Shown here piece after piece: positions 47,647 through 61,039 of a stretch of 64,000 bases of DNA. Numbering within the stretch: the first letter of the stretch is position 1; each line of letters opens with the position of its first letter. Below the pieces are notes generated by a model. That model searched no databases. It worked only from the letters and a program-made list of their open reading frames with translations, and had not been told where the DNA came from. A program made the translations under genes and the position numbers. Source of the stretch: Octopus bimaculoides (lineage: Eukaryota); NCBI RefSeq assembly GCF_001194135.2, contig NC_068988.1, positions 76,851,498-76,915,497 of the forward strand, written 5' to 3'.

Positions 47647-49849
47647 CTAGCTGACATACCCGGTAATTCCCGGGAAAGCAGGGCTTATCCCTTGGTTCTG
47701 TTCTCATAATTGTTTCGCTAATCCAGTAACAACAATACAAAGTATTGGGTTGTCCGGAAAGTTCATGCTGATTTTTAAAGGAAAGAAAAAGGTCAATAAA
47801 TACTTGCCATTACATTTTTAATCAACCAAATATGAACCATCTTGTTGCACAGTGTGTTTCCACCTTTCCTTTAACTTGAAAATGAATACTCTTTTCCCCA
47901 AATTGAGGTGGTTTCATGGCAAAGAATTCATCAAGGTATCTTTTTACGTCATCCAAGGAATTGAAATTTTTACCATTAAGACTATTCTGCAGAAACCTGA
48001 ATAAGTGGAAATCCGAAGGAGCAATATCTGGTGAATATGGACGGTGGGGTAACACATCCCAGCCGAGCTGCAGCAATTTTTGTCTGGTTCCCAAAGAAAC
48101 GTGCGGTCTTGCATTATCATGTTGGAAAACAACACCCTTCCTGTTGACCAATTCTGGACTCTTTTGAATTGCTGCTTTTAACTCGTCCAGTTGTGTTCAG
48201 TATTTCTCAAAATTAATTGTCTGGTTACTTGGGAGAAGCTCATAGTACAGAATTCCTTTCCAATCCCACATGACACAAAGCAAGACTTTTCTAGGGTGAA
48301 GACCCACTTTTGGGGTGGCTAAGGATGGCTCATGTCGCTTACTCTAGGATCGCTTTCTCGGAACATTTCGGTAGATAATCCATTTCTCATCACCTGTCAC
48401 ATTTTGCTTTAAAAAAGGCGTGTTTTCATTCCGTTTATAAAGCGAATCACTGATGGAAATGTGATCCAAAAGGTTCTTCTCACTCAACTCATGTGGTACC
48501 CAAACATCGCAGCGATTTGTGTACCCGAGCTTTACCAGGTGCTCATGAATGACGGATTTTGATAGGTTGAGGCTTTCTGCCAATTCTTGGGTTGTACAAT
48601 GTGGGTTATTCTCAATTAATGACTTGATTTGGTCATTATCTGTAGTGGATGGTCTGCCTGATCGCTCTTTATCAATAAAGCTACAATCCCAGCTTGGAAC
48701 CTTGCGAACCACTTCCGAACAGTTCTTTCGGATAAAGAAACACCACCGTAAATTGCGCATGTTTCTTTGGTTGCTTGTGAGGCATTTTTCCCTTTATGGA
48801 AAAAAAAGCATCAAGTGCTGAAAATGAACTTTCTTGTCTTCCATTTTAAAGGGTTACAGAATTAACACAGGTTAAAGGAACATAAACCTTCTTCCACGAA
48901 AAGATAGCTTAAACTCTGCTCTAAATGGAGGTGTAGTCAAATCCTATTTCATGGACTCAACCATGTTCTAAAATAAGTCAAAAATTTAGCTACTAAAAAT
49001 CGGCATGAAATTTCCGGACAACCCAATATGTAGTCCTTAAAACGGTTTTTGTGCATTTATTGAGAATACCAAACTGTCTTACACAGGATCTTGTTTTTAG
49101 CAATTCCCAATAAGTTATGAATACCCAAATTGTGAAGTCAGTTATGTAATAACATGAAATTAAGTAAATATTAGTAAATATTCAAATAAAGTAGCTGTGA
49201 AAAGGACTTTAATACGTCCCCAGAGTGTATACAACTTAGGAGGAAATACTAATAAGGTATATATACTAAAATTGTGAAGCATGTTATGCAATAACAGGCT
49301 AATTAGATATGAAATAATAACAATTCTAAGTAAATAACTCTGAAAAAAGCTTTTGAGCATTCGCAGAGAATATTACCCTCAGTGGCGTTAGTGTTGATAT
49401 ATTCGTGAATAAGTCACTAACTGAAATAAGTGTATCTATTGTTTAGGAAAATACTATTTACTTCTTTAAGTGTTGTACTGGATAAATTGTGAAAATAACT
49501 CAAATAGTTCAAATACTAAGAAATAAGCACACTCAATTTGATTTATACAAAATAATTTACGAACATGAATGAGTTATTTCCCTTGGCTATATATAAGGAT
49601 CCCTTTCATGAGTGAATGGGTTATTTCCTTTGGATGTTCAAAAAGAATATATTAGTTATATGTAGCAGATATAAGAATCCCTTCCAGGTGCCCTATTATT
49701 GACTTTTTCAACAATCTAAGTATGTCACTAATGTTCGAGACATGAGCTCTACTCACGTGTCAATTTTCATCAAAATCACTAAAGCAATGTAAGAGGAGTT
49801 AGATAACAATGCCACAAACACACCCACAGATTTCTCCATGTGTAGTAGA
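47647..49849 (-). mobile_element. Non-autonomous Helitron carrying a nested mariner
   Basis: 5' A|TCTACTAC at 49849; 3' CCCGG/CCGGG hairpin (47659-47674) and CTAG|T at 47647. Confidence 0.7.
47745..49026 (-). mobile_element. Full-length mariner (1282 bp, mellifera-like, DD34D), transposase inactivated
   Basis: TIRs TTGGGTTGTCCGGAAA(G/T)TTCATGC(T/C)GATTTTT with TA duplications at 47743-4 and 49027-8. ATG at 48844; WVPHEL, TGDEKW, HDNARPH, YSPDIAPSD; frameshifts and stops. Confidence 0.96.
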
Positions 49850-49929
49850 TTTTTGCTACAGTTTACATGAAATTTTTTCAAACGTTTTTCCACACGCACG
49901 CGCACGCGCGCGCACACACACACACACAC

Positions 49930-50050
49930 ACAAAACGAGCTTCTTTCAATTTCTGTTTATTAAATCTACTTAAAGACTTTGGTTGCCTGGGCCTAGAGAA
50001 GAAAACATCTGCTCAAGGTGCTACACAGTAGGACTGAACCCCAAATCATA
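49930..50050 (-). mobile_element. SINE family 1, 5' fragment
   Basis: Reverse-complement B box (ggactgaacc) and cttctttcaatttctg motif. Confidence 0.7.
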
Positions 50051-50069
50051 GACATGCCTTCACCCCAGT

Positions 50070-50340
50070 ACATACATATATGTGTATGAATGTAATGTAT
50101 ATATGTGTATGTATGTACAATACGTATGTATGCATGTACATAGGTAGGTAGGGAGGGAGGGAGGGAAGGAAGGAGGGAGAGAGGGCAGTAACCAGCTAGG
50201 TTACGTAAGTGGGCAGATAGGTAGGTCGGTAGGTAAATGTGTAGGCAGGTAGATAGGTCTGTAGGTAAGTAGGCAGGTAGGTGGGTAGGTGGGTATGTAG
50301 GTTGGTGGATAGATATGTATGCATGTAGGTAGGTAAAACT
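50070..50340. repeat. Compound tetranucleotide microsatellite (TATG/GGGA/AGGT)
   Basis: Direct reading. Confidence 0.9.
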
Positions 50341-50429
50341 TACTTGGAAAAGGATGCATGGCATTTGATCATACAATAATATAAATAATATAAATATATG
50401 CATATATACATACATATATGTACATACCT

Positions 50430-50790
50430 ACATATATATGTACAGGACACCAAAAAAATGAAGACAGAATGAGAAATGAGAACATAAAAAACAAAAATAT
50501 AGAAAACGAACATTTTTTGAACAACGAAAAAAACAGAAACGAGACATGCAACATAAAGAACATTCCCCTCATCAGTTGTCCCCTGTTTTATCTACTCTAC
50601 ATTTTGAAGGTAAGGACAAGACGCATCTTCCTTAAAACAGTCCTTTCCACAAGGTAAGTTAAACAAAATTTGGGATTTTTTGTAGAGGGTGAAAGTGGTA
50701 ATAAAAACAGGACAGGGCGAACAAAACAGTAAAAACAAACGGTGAAGGCTGATAAACCAAGACGATGTGAAGTGGTGAACGCTGGAAAAA
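50430..50790. mobile_element. Non-coding repeat related to the terminus downstream of the 20171 Penelope ORF
   Basis: gaacaacgaaa...cataaagaacattcccctcatcagttgtc resembles cgaacaacgaaag...catagaaaacgacccttcataagttgtt at ~19930-20000. Confidence 0.5.
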
Positions 50791-51339
50791 CGAGATAGGT
50801 AGGTGGGTAGGTAGGTATGTGTTAGTTCCAGTTCTTTGTTTTTGGTTCCCTGCAGCCTACATCTATTGTTAAACCACATCTGATGACACAGCTTGCAAGC
50901 TTCTCTGTAAATTGCATCCAAATCTTATTTGATGGAAATAGTTGCTAATTTAATTATTGGACCCATGTTTTAATCTTTGGCAAAGCATGTTAGGAACATA
51001 ATCTTTTGAAAGCTAATTACTCAAATCGCAACAGTTTAAATGACATGGAGATGTCTCACTGAGGGAGAGGAAATCTAGCCTCTATAATTAAAGGAACGTT
51101 TTAGTTTTGGAAACTTAAAGTTATGCATTTGAATCTCACAATATTCAACTAATAAAATCACAACAATAACAACATTTTCATCTTTCCTGCAACACTCCTA
51201 CTCAGATGAAAAAGTATTGTGTGAGACAGGCAACTACTATGTTATAAACTATTAATTCAACTCCATGACAGCTCTGTAAATATTGCATGTAAGACAAGGT
51301 ATTACTGGATAATAAATTGTTGGGTGAAATCTATGACAA

Positions 51340-52090
51340 CTTCGTGAAATAGTTGTGTGTGTAAGATAGGAGAGGGCATGGAAGAATCTTACAAACCTGC
51401 ATTGAAATTTCCAACTGTCTGACAGATACTCTCCAGAATTCTCCAGATGCACCAATGTGGACATAGACAAACTGCACCAGATCATCCAGATCATATCTAG
51501 AGTGTTCTGTAGACTAGTAGATAGGGATAGCATAGGCTGTTTAAAGTGGACAGCTACACAAACTATAAATTTGTGATCTGTGCAGTAGATCTAGATAGGC
51601 ATTGTAGGTGGCACTACCAAGAGGCATTGCTTTCTTTGGCCAGGAAGGGCAGGCCGTGTTTACCTATCTAGCGGCCAAAAAGTTTGTGTCATGAATCAGA
51701 CTGAAAGGGCTAAAGATACTTTCCTTTTTGGCCCAGTCCTCATCAACTTATTCATGTTCTACTTGAAAAAAAAACCTGGGACCAATGGAGTGAAGTGTCT
51801 GCTTGTAAATTCATTGAAAGGCTGATGCAGGTGATGAATATGGTAAAATGAATGGGTCTGCACTGAGCACGTGAGTTTGAATTGGAGGAACACTGAATGA
51901 AAAGGCACTCATCTAAACGGTCAGAGTGACCATACTTTTGTGGGGTTGTCAAAGGTAGTCCTTGGAGACTTGTCACCCTGAGGAATCTTTTCATTATTAT
52001 CTTCTTGTTGTAAATCCGTGTACTCATACAGACCCCTCTGTGTTTAACTGTTTTGTACAAATGTTCTTTGCACCTTTTATGTAGGCCCTT
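51340..52090 (+). mobile_element. L1/Tx1-type LINE remnant, internally deleted, with 3' end
   Basis: 51340-51530 homologous to 55800-55940; C-terminal-like KFIERLMQVMNMVKMNGSAL; ends ggccaataaagaaa. Confidence 0.55.
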
Positions 52091-53424
52091 ATGGCCAATA
52101 AAGAAACGATTATCATTGATACTGTTGTTGTTGTTGTTGTTGTTACTATTATTATTATAAGCATTATCATCAGCATTGCCATATTTGTAAAATCTGTGTC
52201 TTTGGGTTCTTGTGCCATATTACTGATCTTTTCCCTCCAAGCTGTTTGATAACTGAAATGTAATGTTATAAATATTAGGTCTCAGCCAGATTTAAATATA
52301 TTCCCCATGGGAGACACCAAAAGACTTGCAGGAACTCACCAATATCTTAAAACTGTCAGGATTTTAATATTTCATTTATAATTATTCTATAGAACTGTTC
52401 ACAACAACAACAGCTGCAATAGTGTCCACTGCAGTGGAAGAATCAGCAATATACAATAAAATTTAAAATAGTAAAATCAATTTTTAAAATATTGAAATAG
52501 TAAAATTAATTTTAAAAAAAATACATCAAAATAGTTTGTTTTTATAAATTTTACATTTGGTCATATTCTGAAGCTATTTACCATTTAGTTCTGAAAGTAG
52601 CCGCATAATAATGAATCAATTGTTAATACAAAGAGAAAAGAGGATTTATTTCTTATTGGCTTCATCAAAGAATTTGCCAAATCTTTTCACATGAAAAGTA
52701 AAGAATACAATTAAAAGACAAAAAAAAAGCCAAAAAACTCAAAGAATAGGAAGTCTATTTTGATGTTAATCTTCTTTATTTATTTGGAACCAAAACCATA
52801 AATTATTCAACCTTCACTAATACAAGAGACAAGAAACAAAGATACATAGAATTGATATTCTTTGGAATTTTAATTTTCTGTTTTCATATGCATGGTTAAA
52901 TTTGTATTCTAGTTTTATATCTGCTGGTTTTTCAGTATTTTCAATAATCTGCATCAAAAATTCTTTAAGTTTCTTTTTTGCCATTTTTACCAAACAAATA
53001 CCAGATGAATTCAAAGCATTTTTTAAAAGAATTGATGAAAAAAATTAACTTCATCATGACTGAGGAAAGGAAAAAGAAAAGTCATTAAGGAAAACATAAA
53101 AAATTTGACATTTTAAGAAGGAAAGTGATTGTATGACCTTAATGCCTTTCCCACATGAATTAAAAATAGTAGTGAAAATGGGTCACACACACTCATCATG
53201 CTAGGATAATAAAGTGCAACAATAAATATTTCTCGCAGAAACAGAGGACCACAGCTGAAAAAAAAAGGTGATCATGTAGTACTCATGATTATCTTAGGAA
53301 CATAGGTGATACAAGCAAAGAGTAATGACTACAACAGGGAAACATAGATAATGTAAGGTTTTACAAACCTTATATTGTTATTGTTACAAGAGCAGTAGCA
53401 GATGCAGCAGATGCAGCAGAAGCA

Positions 53425-53622
53425 GCAGAAGCAGCAGAAGCAGTAATAGTAACAACAACAATAAAAGCTGTCAACATTACAGAGGCACAGTCATGGTTGT
53501 GTGGTAACAAACTAGCTTCCCAACCACGTGGCTCTAGGTTCAGTCCCACTGCATGGCACCTTGAGCAAGTGTCTTTTACTACAACCTCAGGTTGATCAAA
53601 GCTTTGTGAGTGGACTTGGTAG
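53425..53622 (+). mobile_element. SINE family 1, 5' half
   Basis: tgtgtggtaac...cccaaccac...ggttcagtcccactgc...ggcaccttg. Confidence 0.85.
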
Positions 53623-53893
53623 CAACAAGGGAGTACAAGATGACAGTCAGCCAAAACTTTCGTTATGCTGTCTCTCTTCTTTCACCTCTTTGTGGGGTTA
53701 ATAATCTTAATCTTTAGTTACAATTTCTCATTCAAACTACATAATAGGCAGAATTGTTGGATTAAGACAGTAGGGTGTTTTGAGGGAGATTTGGCTGCTA
53801 TTTCTACCAGGTCCAGCTACCATGAAGAAGTCTGAATTCAATTTTCATTCACATATTTGCATTTCAAAAATTTAACATAATCTTTTCCATAAA

Positions 53894-55335
53894 TCAACTC
53901 ACATTTTCTATGAATAGCTCTAGTATTGTTTTCGTCTTCAGATTCCACATTTTGTTAATTTCTATTTCAAGATCTTTATATTTGCTCAGTTTTTGGTAGG
54001 TCTTGACAGATACGTTTATATCAATTGGGACAGTCATATCGATGAGGAGGCATGATTTTTGTCTGAAGTCTTTCAGTATGATGTCTGGCCTATTTGCGTC
54101 TATCTTTCTGTCAGTTTGAATGGTGAAGTTCCAGAGGAGTGCAATGTGATCATTTTCAAGTACTGGGGGTGGTTTGTGTTCCCACCAGTTTTTATCATGG
54201 AGCAAGTCCAGGTTTTTGCATATTACCCAGTGAATATATTGTGCAGCTCTATCATGCCTGTTGAGATACTCTGTAGGCACAAGCAGACTGCACATGGAGA
54301 CAACATGATCGATGGTCTCATTTTGTNNNNNNNNNNNNNNNNNNNNNNNNNNNNNNNNNNNNNNNNNNNNNNNNNNNNNNNNNNNNNNNNNNNNNNNNNN
54401 NNNNNNNNNNNNNNNNNNNNNNNNNNNNNNNNNNNNNNNNNNNNNNNNNNNNNNNNNNNNNNNNNNNNNNNNNNNNNNNNNNNNNNNNNNNNNNNNNNNN
54501 NNNNNNNNNNNNNNNNNNNNNNNNNNNNNNNNNNNNNNNNNNNNNNNNNNNNNNNNNNNNNNNNNNNNNNNNNNNNNNNNNNNNNNNNNNNNNNNNNNNN
54601 NNNNNNNNNNNNNNNNNNNNNNNNNNNNNNNNNNNNNNNNNNNNNNNNNNNNNNNNNNNNNNNNNNNNNNNNNNNNNNNNNNNNNNNNNNNNNNNNNNNN
54701 NNNNNNNNNNNNNNNNNNNNNNNNNNNNNNNNNNNNNNNNNNNNNNNNNNNNNNNNNNNNNNNNNNNNNNNNNNNNNNNNNNNNNNNNNNNNNNNNNNNN
54801 NNNNNNNNNNNNNNNNNNNNNNNNNNNNNNNNNNNNNNNNNNNNNNNNNNNNNNNNNNNNNNNNNNNNNNNNNNNNNNNNNNNNNNNNNNNNNNNNNNNN
54901 NNNNNNNNNNNNNNNNNNNNNNNNNNNNNNNNNNNNNNNNNNNNNNNNNNNNNNNNNNNNNNNNNNNNNNNNNNNNNNNNNNNNNNNNNNNNNNNNNNNN
55001 NNNNNNNNNNNNNNNNNNNNNNNNNNNNNNNNNNNNNNNNNNNNNNNNNNNNNNNNNNNNNNNNNNNNNNNNNNNNNNNNNNNNNNNNNNNNNNNNNNNN
55101 NNNNNNNNNNNNNNNNNNNNNNNNNNNNNNGCTCCTTTCCCTCATCACTGAGTGCTTGATATTGTCCCCTTCATTATCAAGGCCAAATTGCATCCTGATG
55201 TCATCACTGAATTGTTTAAAAATCGCTAGTAGGCCTTTGAGCTGTTGGTCATTTTTTGCAAAGAGCTTTAAATCATCCATGTAAATGAGATGATTTATAT
55301 TTTTATCAAATATTTTATAACCATACTGTGCATCA
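53894..55335 (-). mobile_element. R4/Dong-like RLE element, RT to nuclease, across a gap (N 54327-55130)
   Basis: INHLIYMDDLKLFAK; RHDRAAQYIHW; ANRPDIILKD...LIDMTVP. Confidence 0.9.
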
Positions 55336-56720
55336 TTGAGCAATTTTGAGTGCGGTATTAGGGCTAGACAGAAGAAGACTCACACATCTGTCCTGGATCA
55401 GTTATCATTTGCCTTTCATGGTTTAGCAAGGATCAAATCGTGGATTCATTGCCACACTGTGCCTCTGTTACCCGGGCCCACTGAATGGTTTTCATCCCTT
55501 CATGTCCAAGTGCTTGCGCCTTAGCTCTGACAATACAACCTTCATGTTTCGTGTTGAAGAATTGGTCGAATGCCAATCTCGCTGTGAGCACATCGGTCAT
55601 GATGCCTTTTCTAAAAGTCTTGCCTAACTTCTTGACTAGCTCTGTCTCTACTCTGTTTTGTTCTACTGCTAGTCCTTTGCTAAACCTTATTGATTCGATT
55701 ATAATTGCCTTTTTAAGTGTGAACCACCATTTGCTGTTGATTATTGCTCCTGTCAATGCCCTCTTAACTAGTTCTCTAATCCAGTTTCTGAAATCTTTAT
55801 CTGCTACTCTACAAACTACCCTATCTAGATACAACCTGGATGACCTGATGCGGTTTGACCAGTCCTGCACTGACACATCCAGGAAATTCGATCGATATCT
55901 GTCAGACAGCTGAAATCGTCTAAGCAGGTTTGCAAGGATTTTGCACCCTCCTTTCCTATCTACTAAACCTACACAGTCTCACTTTACACTTAAATTCCAT
56001 TTCAATCTCCCACTCTCAGACTAAAGCATGAGATGTTCATAGGAAAGTTTCCAGATGTCTGAAGAAATCTGGTCATTCTGCCCCTATCGGGGCATAGACA
56101 GAAACTAGCCTAAAAATATGTTCTTCGCTGTCTACCACATCCAGGACCACGGATTTACCTTCCAGATCCAGGAAGATCATCCATATTGCAAGACCCAGAT
56201 TTTTGTGACCCGTTACAGCAACTCCGCCTCCCCCTCCTGGACGACTTGGAGATGCATACACCTCATAGTCGTTGAAAATAGGTCGGAAATCCCATGAGTT
56301 GGAAATTCTGGTTTCACTAATGGCCACCACATTGACATTCAGTTCCCTGAGATCATTGAGCAAGTGACCCCACTCCCAAGGTGACCCCATACTGTGTACA
56401 TTTACGCTGCCTATTTTGTACACGACCATGTTGTCAGAAAAAGAGAAGAAAAGAAAGGGAAAACTTACTTGGTTTTTCTTGGAGAGGTGGATTACCTGTC
56501 CCTCCTGTTGGTTTGGAGTGTTTCCAACAGCAAATCATCAAGAATTCTCTTTGTGATATTCCCTCGAAGATCTCTGATTTCCTGTGGGAATTGGGTTTTT
56601 TTAAGTGTGTGTATAGATTTTGTATTGTTTGAATGAGTTGTATGTGTGCAGGTAGGGGGAATGTGAGTGTGACAAAATCTTTTGGTGTAAAGTTTGTGCG
56701 TGTTATTATATTATTCATCT
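55336..56720 (-). mobile_element. L1/Tx1-type LINE 5' part (APE endonuclease, linker), decayed
   Basis: KIGSVNVHSM...VVAISETR...FRLVSVYAP; WWFTLKKAI..ESIRFS; GCIVRAK. Confidence 0.8.
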
Positions 56721-57004
56721 TTTTTTTTAGTTTATTGCCATGTAGTTCATACTGTTACTGTCATTAATTTGTGTTTGTTGTTGTTATTGTGGTGGTGGTT
56801 GTGGTTGTGATTGTTGTTGTTGTAGTGGTGGTTGTGATTGTTGTTGTGATTGCATGTGTGGAATGGCTTGTGTTTCAAGTTTTAGAGGTGGTGGTGTCGA
56901 TGTAGTGTTTGTTTTGGGCATATTTCTTTTTGCTGTTTTGATTTTTTCTCTCTACTTGTGTGGATGAGAATAATAGTAATAATTATTATTACTATTATTA
57001 TTAT

Positions 57005-57570
57005 AAATGCCCTGATGCAGTACCAAGCAGTGGCTCTCATGGCTTCTGATCTTAACTGATTGTAAGTGTTATCATGTACATTGTTTTGTCTTGGTATAAA
57101 AGATGGACTACAACAAATATTCTGCTCAATATCACAGATTTGCTGTCAGTTTTTTTTACCTTAACCAGTTGAGCATGTCCCTCAGTGGCTGACGATATGT
57201 GCATATCTGATCAGGAGTAGAAGCAGTTGGAGAGCATCATAGCCATGTGTTGAGAGGAATTCTTTGGGATTTGGATAATTCACCTCTGGAAACATGGGTG
57301 TTTTGTTCATCATCCTTAAAACAAACTTTATTGAAGGAACTTTTGAGCAGGATCGGCTATTTGACCTGAAGAAAAAAATTCTAACTGGGCCCCACATGCA
57401 AGGTAATGCACTGTTTATCTTGATGTGAGATCACCATGTCGCACACAAATGGTTGTGATACATGTAGTGCCTGGTGTACCCTTATCAAACAGGTAGTCAT
57501 GATAGGTGTATTTGGCTTCATATATTTGTAGCCCAGTATCACTTTGATGGCACTCACTGCTCTCTCACTC
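57005..57570. mobile_element. AAT-flanked interspersed repeat, copy 2
   Basis: Collinear with 11386-11929. Confidence 0.8.
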
Positions 57571-57589
57571 AATAATAATAATCATAATA

Positions 57590-57800
57590 CGGTGGTAAAA
57601 TGGCAGAATTGTTAGCACACTAGGCAAAATGCTTAGGGACATTTCATTTGTCTTTATTTTCTGAGTTCAAATTCCACCAAGGATACCTTTACCTTTCATC
57701 CTTTTAGGTTCGATAAAATAAGTACCAGTTGAGCACCAGGGTCAATGTAACTGAGTTAACTCTCCCCCTAAGCTGCTGACCTTGTGCCAAAATCTGAAAC
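57590..57800 (+). mobile_element. SINE family 2
   Basis: gagttcaaattcc B box; gataaaataagtaccagttgagcac core. Confidence 0.8.
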
Positions 57801-58499
57801 TATTATTATTATTATTCACCATTACCATCACTACCACCACCACCATTATTCACCATTATTCATCACTACCACCATCGACTGGGTATCGCATGGAAGGCAA
57901 GAGATATTTTGCAATATAAAGTTTTTTTTCCCTTTACATCTGAAAGTGTTTCTGTTTGATATTTAACTCTAGTTGCAAAATAACAATCACAAGTACAAGA
58001 TTACTTCAATATTTCTTGCTCTACATTTAAAAAAAAAACAAAAAAAAACAATTATGAGTTATGGAGGAAGAAAATGGATGTATGGAAATTGGCAACCAGC
58101 TTGGAACTTAAAAGATGAATTCCTGCTGTCTTCTTAATGCTGGAAAGTCTGTGCTAGGAATGGATATTGCCATTTGAAATGAAGGTGATGGAACGAAATG
58201 TGTTTACCAGAAATTGCATATTCTCATTTTAGAGGTTTCAAACCAATCAGTATTTACCACATATGAATTGTTTGAACAATATCATGACAGTCTGTGACTT
58301 TCTCTTCCAGTTTGAATGTCATGTTGCAAAACTTAGAGTGCATAAAACAATTTCACCAGTACCTGTACTTGTGTACAGGATATTGAAAAGTGCAAATTTG
58401 TCACTGTAAAATGAACAATTTAGTTAAAACTACAGTGACTGAGCTAATACTATCTGTTATGGCAATGCAGCTAAAAGGGTAATATTTTCTACTCTAAGT

Positions 58500-58695
58500 A
58501 CAAGACCTGAAATTTTGGCGGAGGGGGTGGGCAGTCGATTAGATTGATCCAGTACACAACTGGTACTTAATTTATCGATCCCGAAATGATGAAAGGCAAA
58601 GTCGACCTTGGCAGAATTTGAACTCAGAACGTTAAAGACAAACAAAATACTGCTAAGCATCTCTCCCGGTGTGCTAACATTTCTGCCTGCAGCTA
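58500..58695 (-). mobile_element. SINE family 2
   Basis: Reverse-complement core ctggtacttaatttatcgatccc and atttgaactcagaac. Confidence 0.8.
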
Positions 58696-59204
58696 GAAAG
58701 ATTAGTTGATGAGCAACTAATGCTTCATTAGAATCCAACACTCCATTGATTGTAGTAAAAGTAGTGTTTGTTAGATGCTGGATATAACATAAGCTTTTTC
58801 AAGAATCTAAAATCAAACTGGAAAGTTTCAGGAATGTACTAAATCAATAGATGCTGGAATTGTCTTAATACAGGCAATTCCTGCTTCTATTTATTTAGTA
58901 CATTTAATGACACAAATTATTGACAGTAGACTTTGTATAGAGACAGCCATCCTGAGAGAAATGATAAACAGAAAGCAAATTACAAAGATTCTTGGATTTC
59001 AACAAATGTACAAATTAATGACTCCTTAATAAAAAAAAAGTGGGGGTACTATCTTTTTAGATTCTGAGAGATATATCAGAACCTAAGGAATCTTCAGTAT
59101 AATTGCTAAAGTTACATTCTTCTTACAGTAAAAAATCTAGTACTAGCATACTCATAAAGTGAAAAATGTAAAAAGAGCATATCATTAATATATTAAAGGA
59201 GACA

Positions 59205-59410
59205 AAGATGGTGAGCAAGTGGTCTCATTATCATGCCAGGCAAAATGCTTTGCTACATTTTGTCCGTCTATGTTCTGAGCTCAGATTCCACTGAGGTGCC
59301 TTTCGTCCATTCAAGCTCAATAAAAAAAAGTGCCATTTAAGCACTGGAGTTGATGTAAACAACTATCCCCATCCCCCAAAATTTCAGGCCCTGATCTTAT
59401 AGTAGAAAGG
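59205..59410 (+). mobile_element. SINE family 2, decayed
   Basis: Collinear with 57590-57800. Confidence 0.7.
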
Positions 59411-59429
59411 AATATTTTAAGAGAGACAT

Positions 59430-59725
59430 TAAGGTGGTGAGCTGGCATTTTGTCCATCTTTACATTCTGAGTTCAAATTTAGTTGAGGTCGACTTTGCCT
59501 TCCATCCTTGGATGGATATACGCTTCACTGTAATCAGACAGCGGCCAGGCCAAGGCACAACAGTCAGGCAATAGTAGATGATGGATGCAATATACACATT
59601 AGCCACCTCTGCCTGACCGATTAGGGACAGTTTGATAAAATAAGTACTAGTTGAACACTGGGGTTGATGTAATTGACTTATTTCCTCTGCCGAAATTGCT
59701 GGCCATGTACCAAAATTTAAAATCA
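59430..59725 (+). mobile_element. SINE family 2 with a 124 bp antisense Tx1-like RT insert (59510-59633)
   Basis: SINE halves collinear with 57590; the insert translates KLSLIGQAEVANVYIASIIYYCLTVVP on the minus strand. Confidence 0.7.
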
Positions 59726-59889
59726 ATATTTAAAGGGAGACAGTTCATTCCTTGAAGGGAAATGAAAACTTCCAATCATATGCAGGGAGTGACGGGCTGC
59801 TGGCAGCAGAACAGGATGTAGGTCGGCATGTTTGTTGATGAGTAAATAATATAATGCTTATGTTGCCTCTATATAATGTTTATGTTTCT

Positions 59890-60140
59890 TCTATATCTGA
59901 AAGCATTAAAAAGCACTTGTGCCAGTTCCACATAAAATGCACTCATGCTGGTGCCACATAATAAGCACCTGTGCTGGTACCACATCACAGCACCCATGCT
60001 AGTAGCACATACGAAGCACCCAGCACACTCTGTAAAATAGTTGGTGATAAGAAGGGCATCCAGTCATAGAAACCATGCCAGATGCCAACATAGACAATTG
60101 GATCCTGGACAGCTCTCTGGCTGGCCACCTCCTGTCAAAC
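59890..60140 (+). mobile_element. RTE 3' UTR/tail fragment
   Basis: tgctggtgccacat modules; ccaacccatgcaagtatggaaaacagacattaaa tail. Confidence 0.75.
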
Positions 60141-60464
60141 TGTCCAACCCATGCAAGTATGGAAAACAGACATTAAAAGATACTGATAAAGATGATAATG
60201 AGTAATGTTGACAAATGTTAATCAAAATTTACCATTCTTAACTACCTCAGTATTTGTTCCAGAAACTTCCTGTAGATGTCTGTCAGATATATTTTCTTGT
60301 CAAGAATATTATGGTGTTTCAGTAATTACTTTGTTTCAAGTTTTGTAGTTACAAAAACTCTGTTTGAAATATCATTTCTTAAGTATTAGCAGGAGCTACT
60401 GATATTCTAGTTGTGAATGTTGAGGCTGTTGCTACTCTTGTTACTCTTTGTAATTCTTTTATTC

Positions 60465-60700
60465 TTTTACTTGTTTCAGTCATTAGACTGCAGCCATGCT
60501 GGGGCACCACCTTGAAGAATTTTTAGTCGAATGAATTGACTCCAGAACTTTTTTTTTAAAGCCTGGTACTTATTCATTCAGTCTCTTTTGCTAAATTGCT
60601 AAGTCATGGGGACGTAAATACATTAACATCAGATCACAAGTGGTGGTAGGGAACAATCATAGACACAAAGACACACACATACACACACACACACACGCAC
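60465..60700 (-). mobile_element. SINE family 1, 3' half
   Basis: ttttacttgtttcagtcatt...gcagccatgctggggcacc. Confidence 0.8.
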
Positions 60701-60740
60701 ATACACACTCACACATATTCACACACATACAAAAATATAC

Positions 60741-60771
<31 letters not shown>

Positions 60772-61039
60772 GTAACAACAAAAGAATGCAACCTCAATAT
60801 TAGATAAATAGAGGATATTTATATCTGTTATAATTTAGAATAAACAGTAAAAAGGTGCCATTATAGTACTTGGAGTTTCGAGTACTATGACAACTTTTTA
60901 TTGTTTATTCTAAATTATAACATACATACATATATATATATATATCTATATATATATATATATATATATATNNNNNNNNNNNNNNNNNNNNNNNNNNNNN
61001 NNNNNNNNNNNNNNNNNNNNNNNNNNAATTTATGGAAAA

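Noticed and set aside
50540-50620. CTGATGA and GAAA boxes on the minus strand (also ~19960-20030)
   Set aside because: Order and spacing do not give consistent stems I-III in either copy, so they are not called a hammerhead.
50880-50910. CTGATGA motif
   Set aside because: No GAAA box or closing stem II.
58364-58404. Possible 41 nt minus-strand exon (DKFALFNILYTST)
   Set aside because: Weak GTACTG donor, and it does not fit the phase chain with the 32274 candidate.
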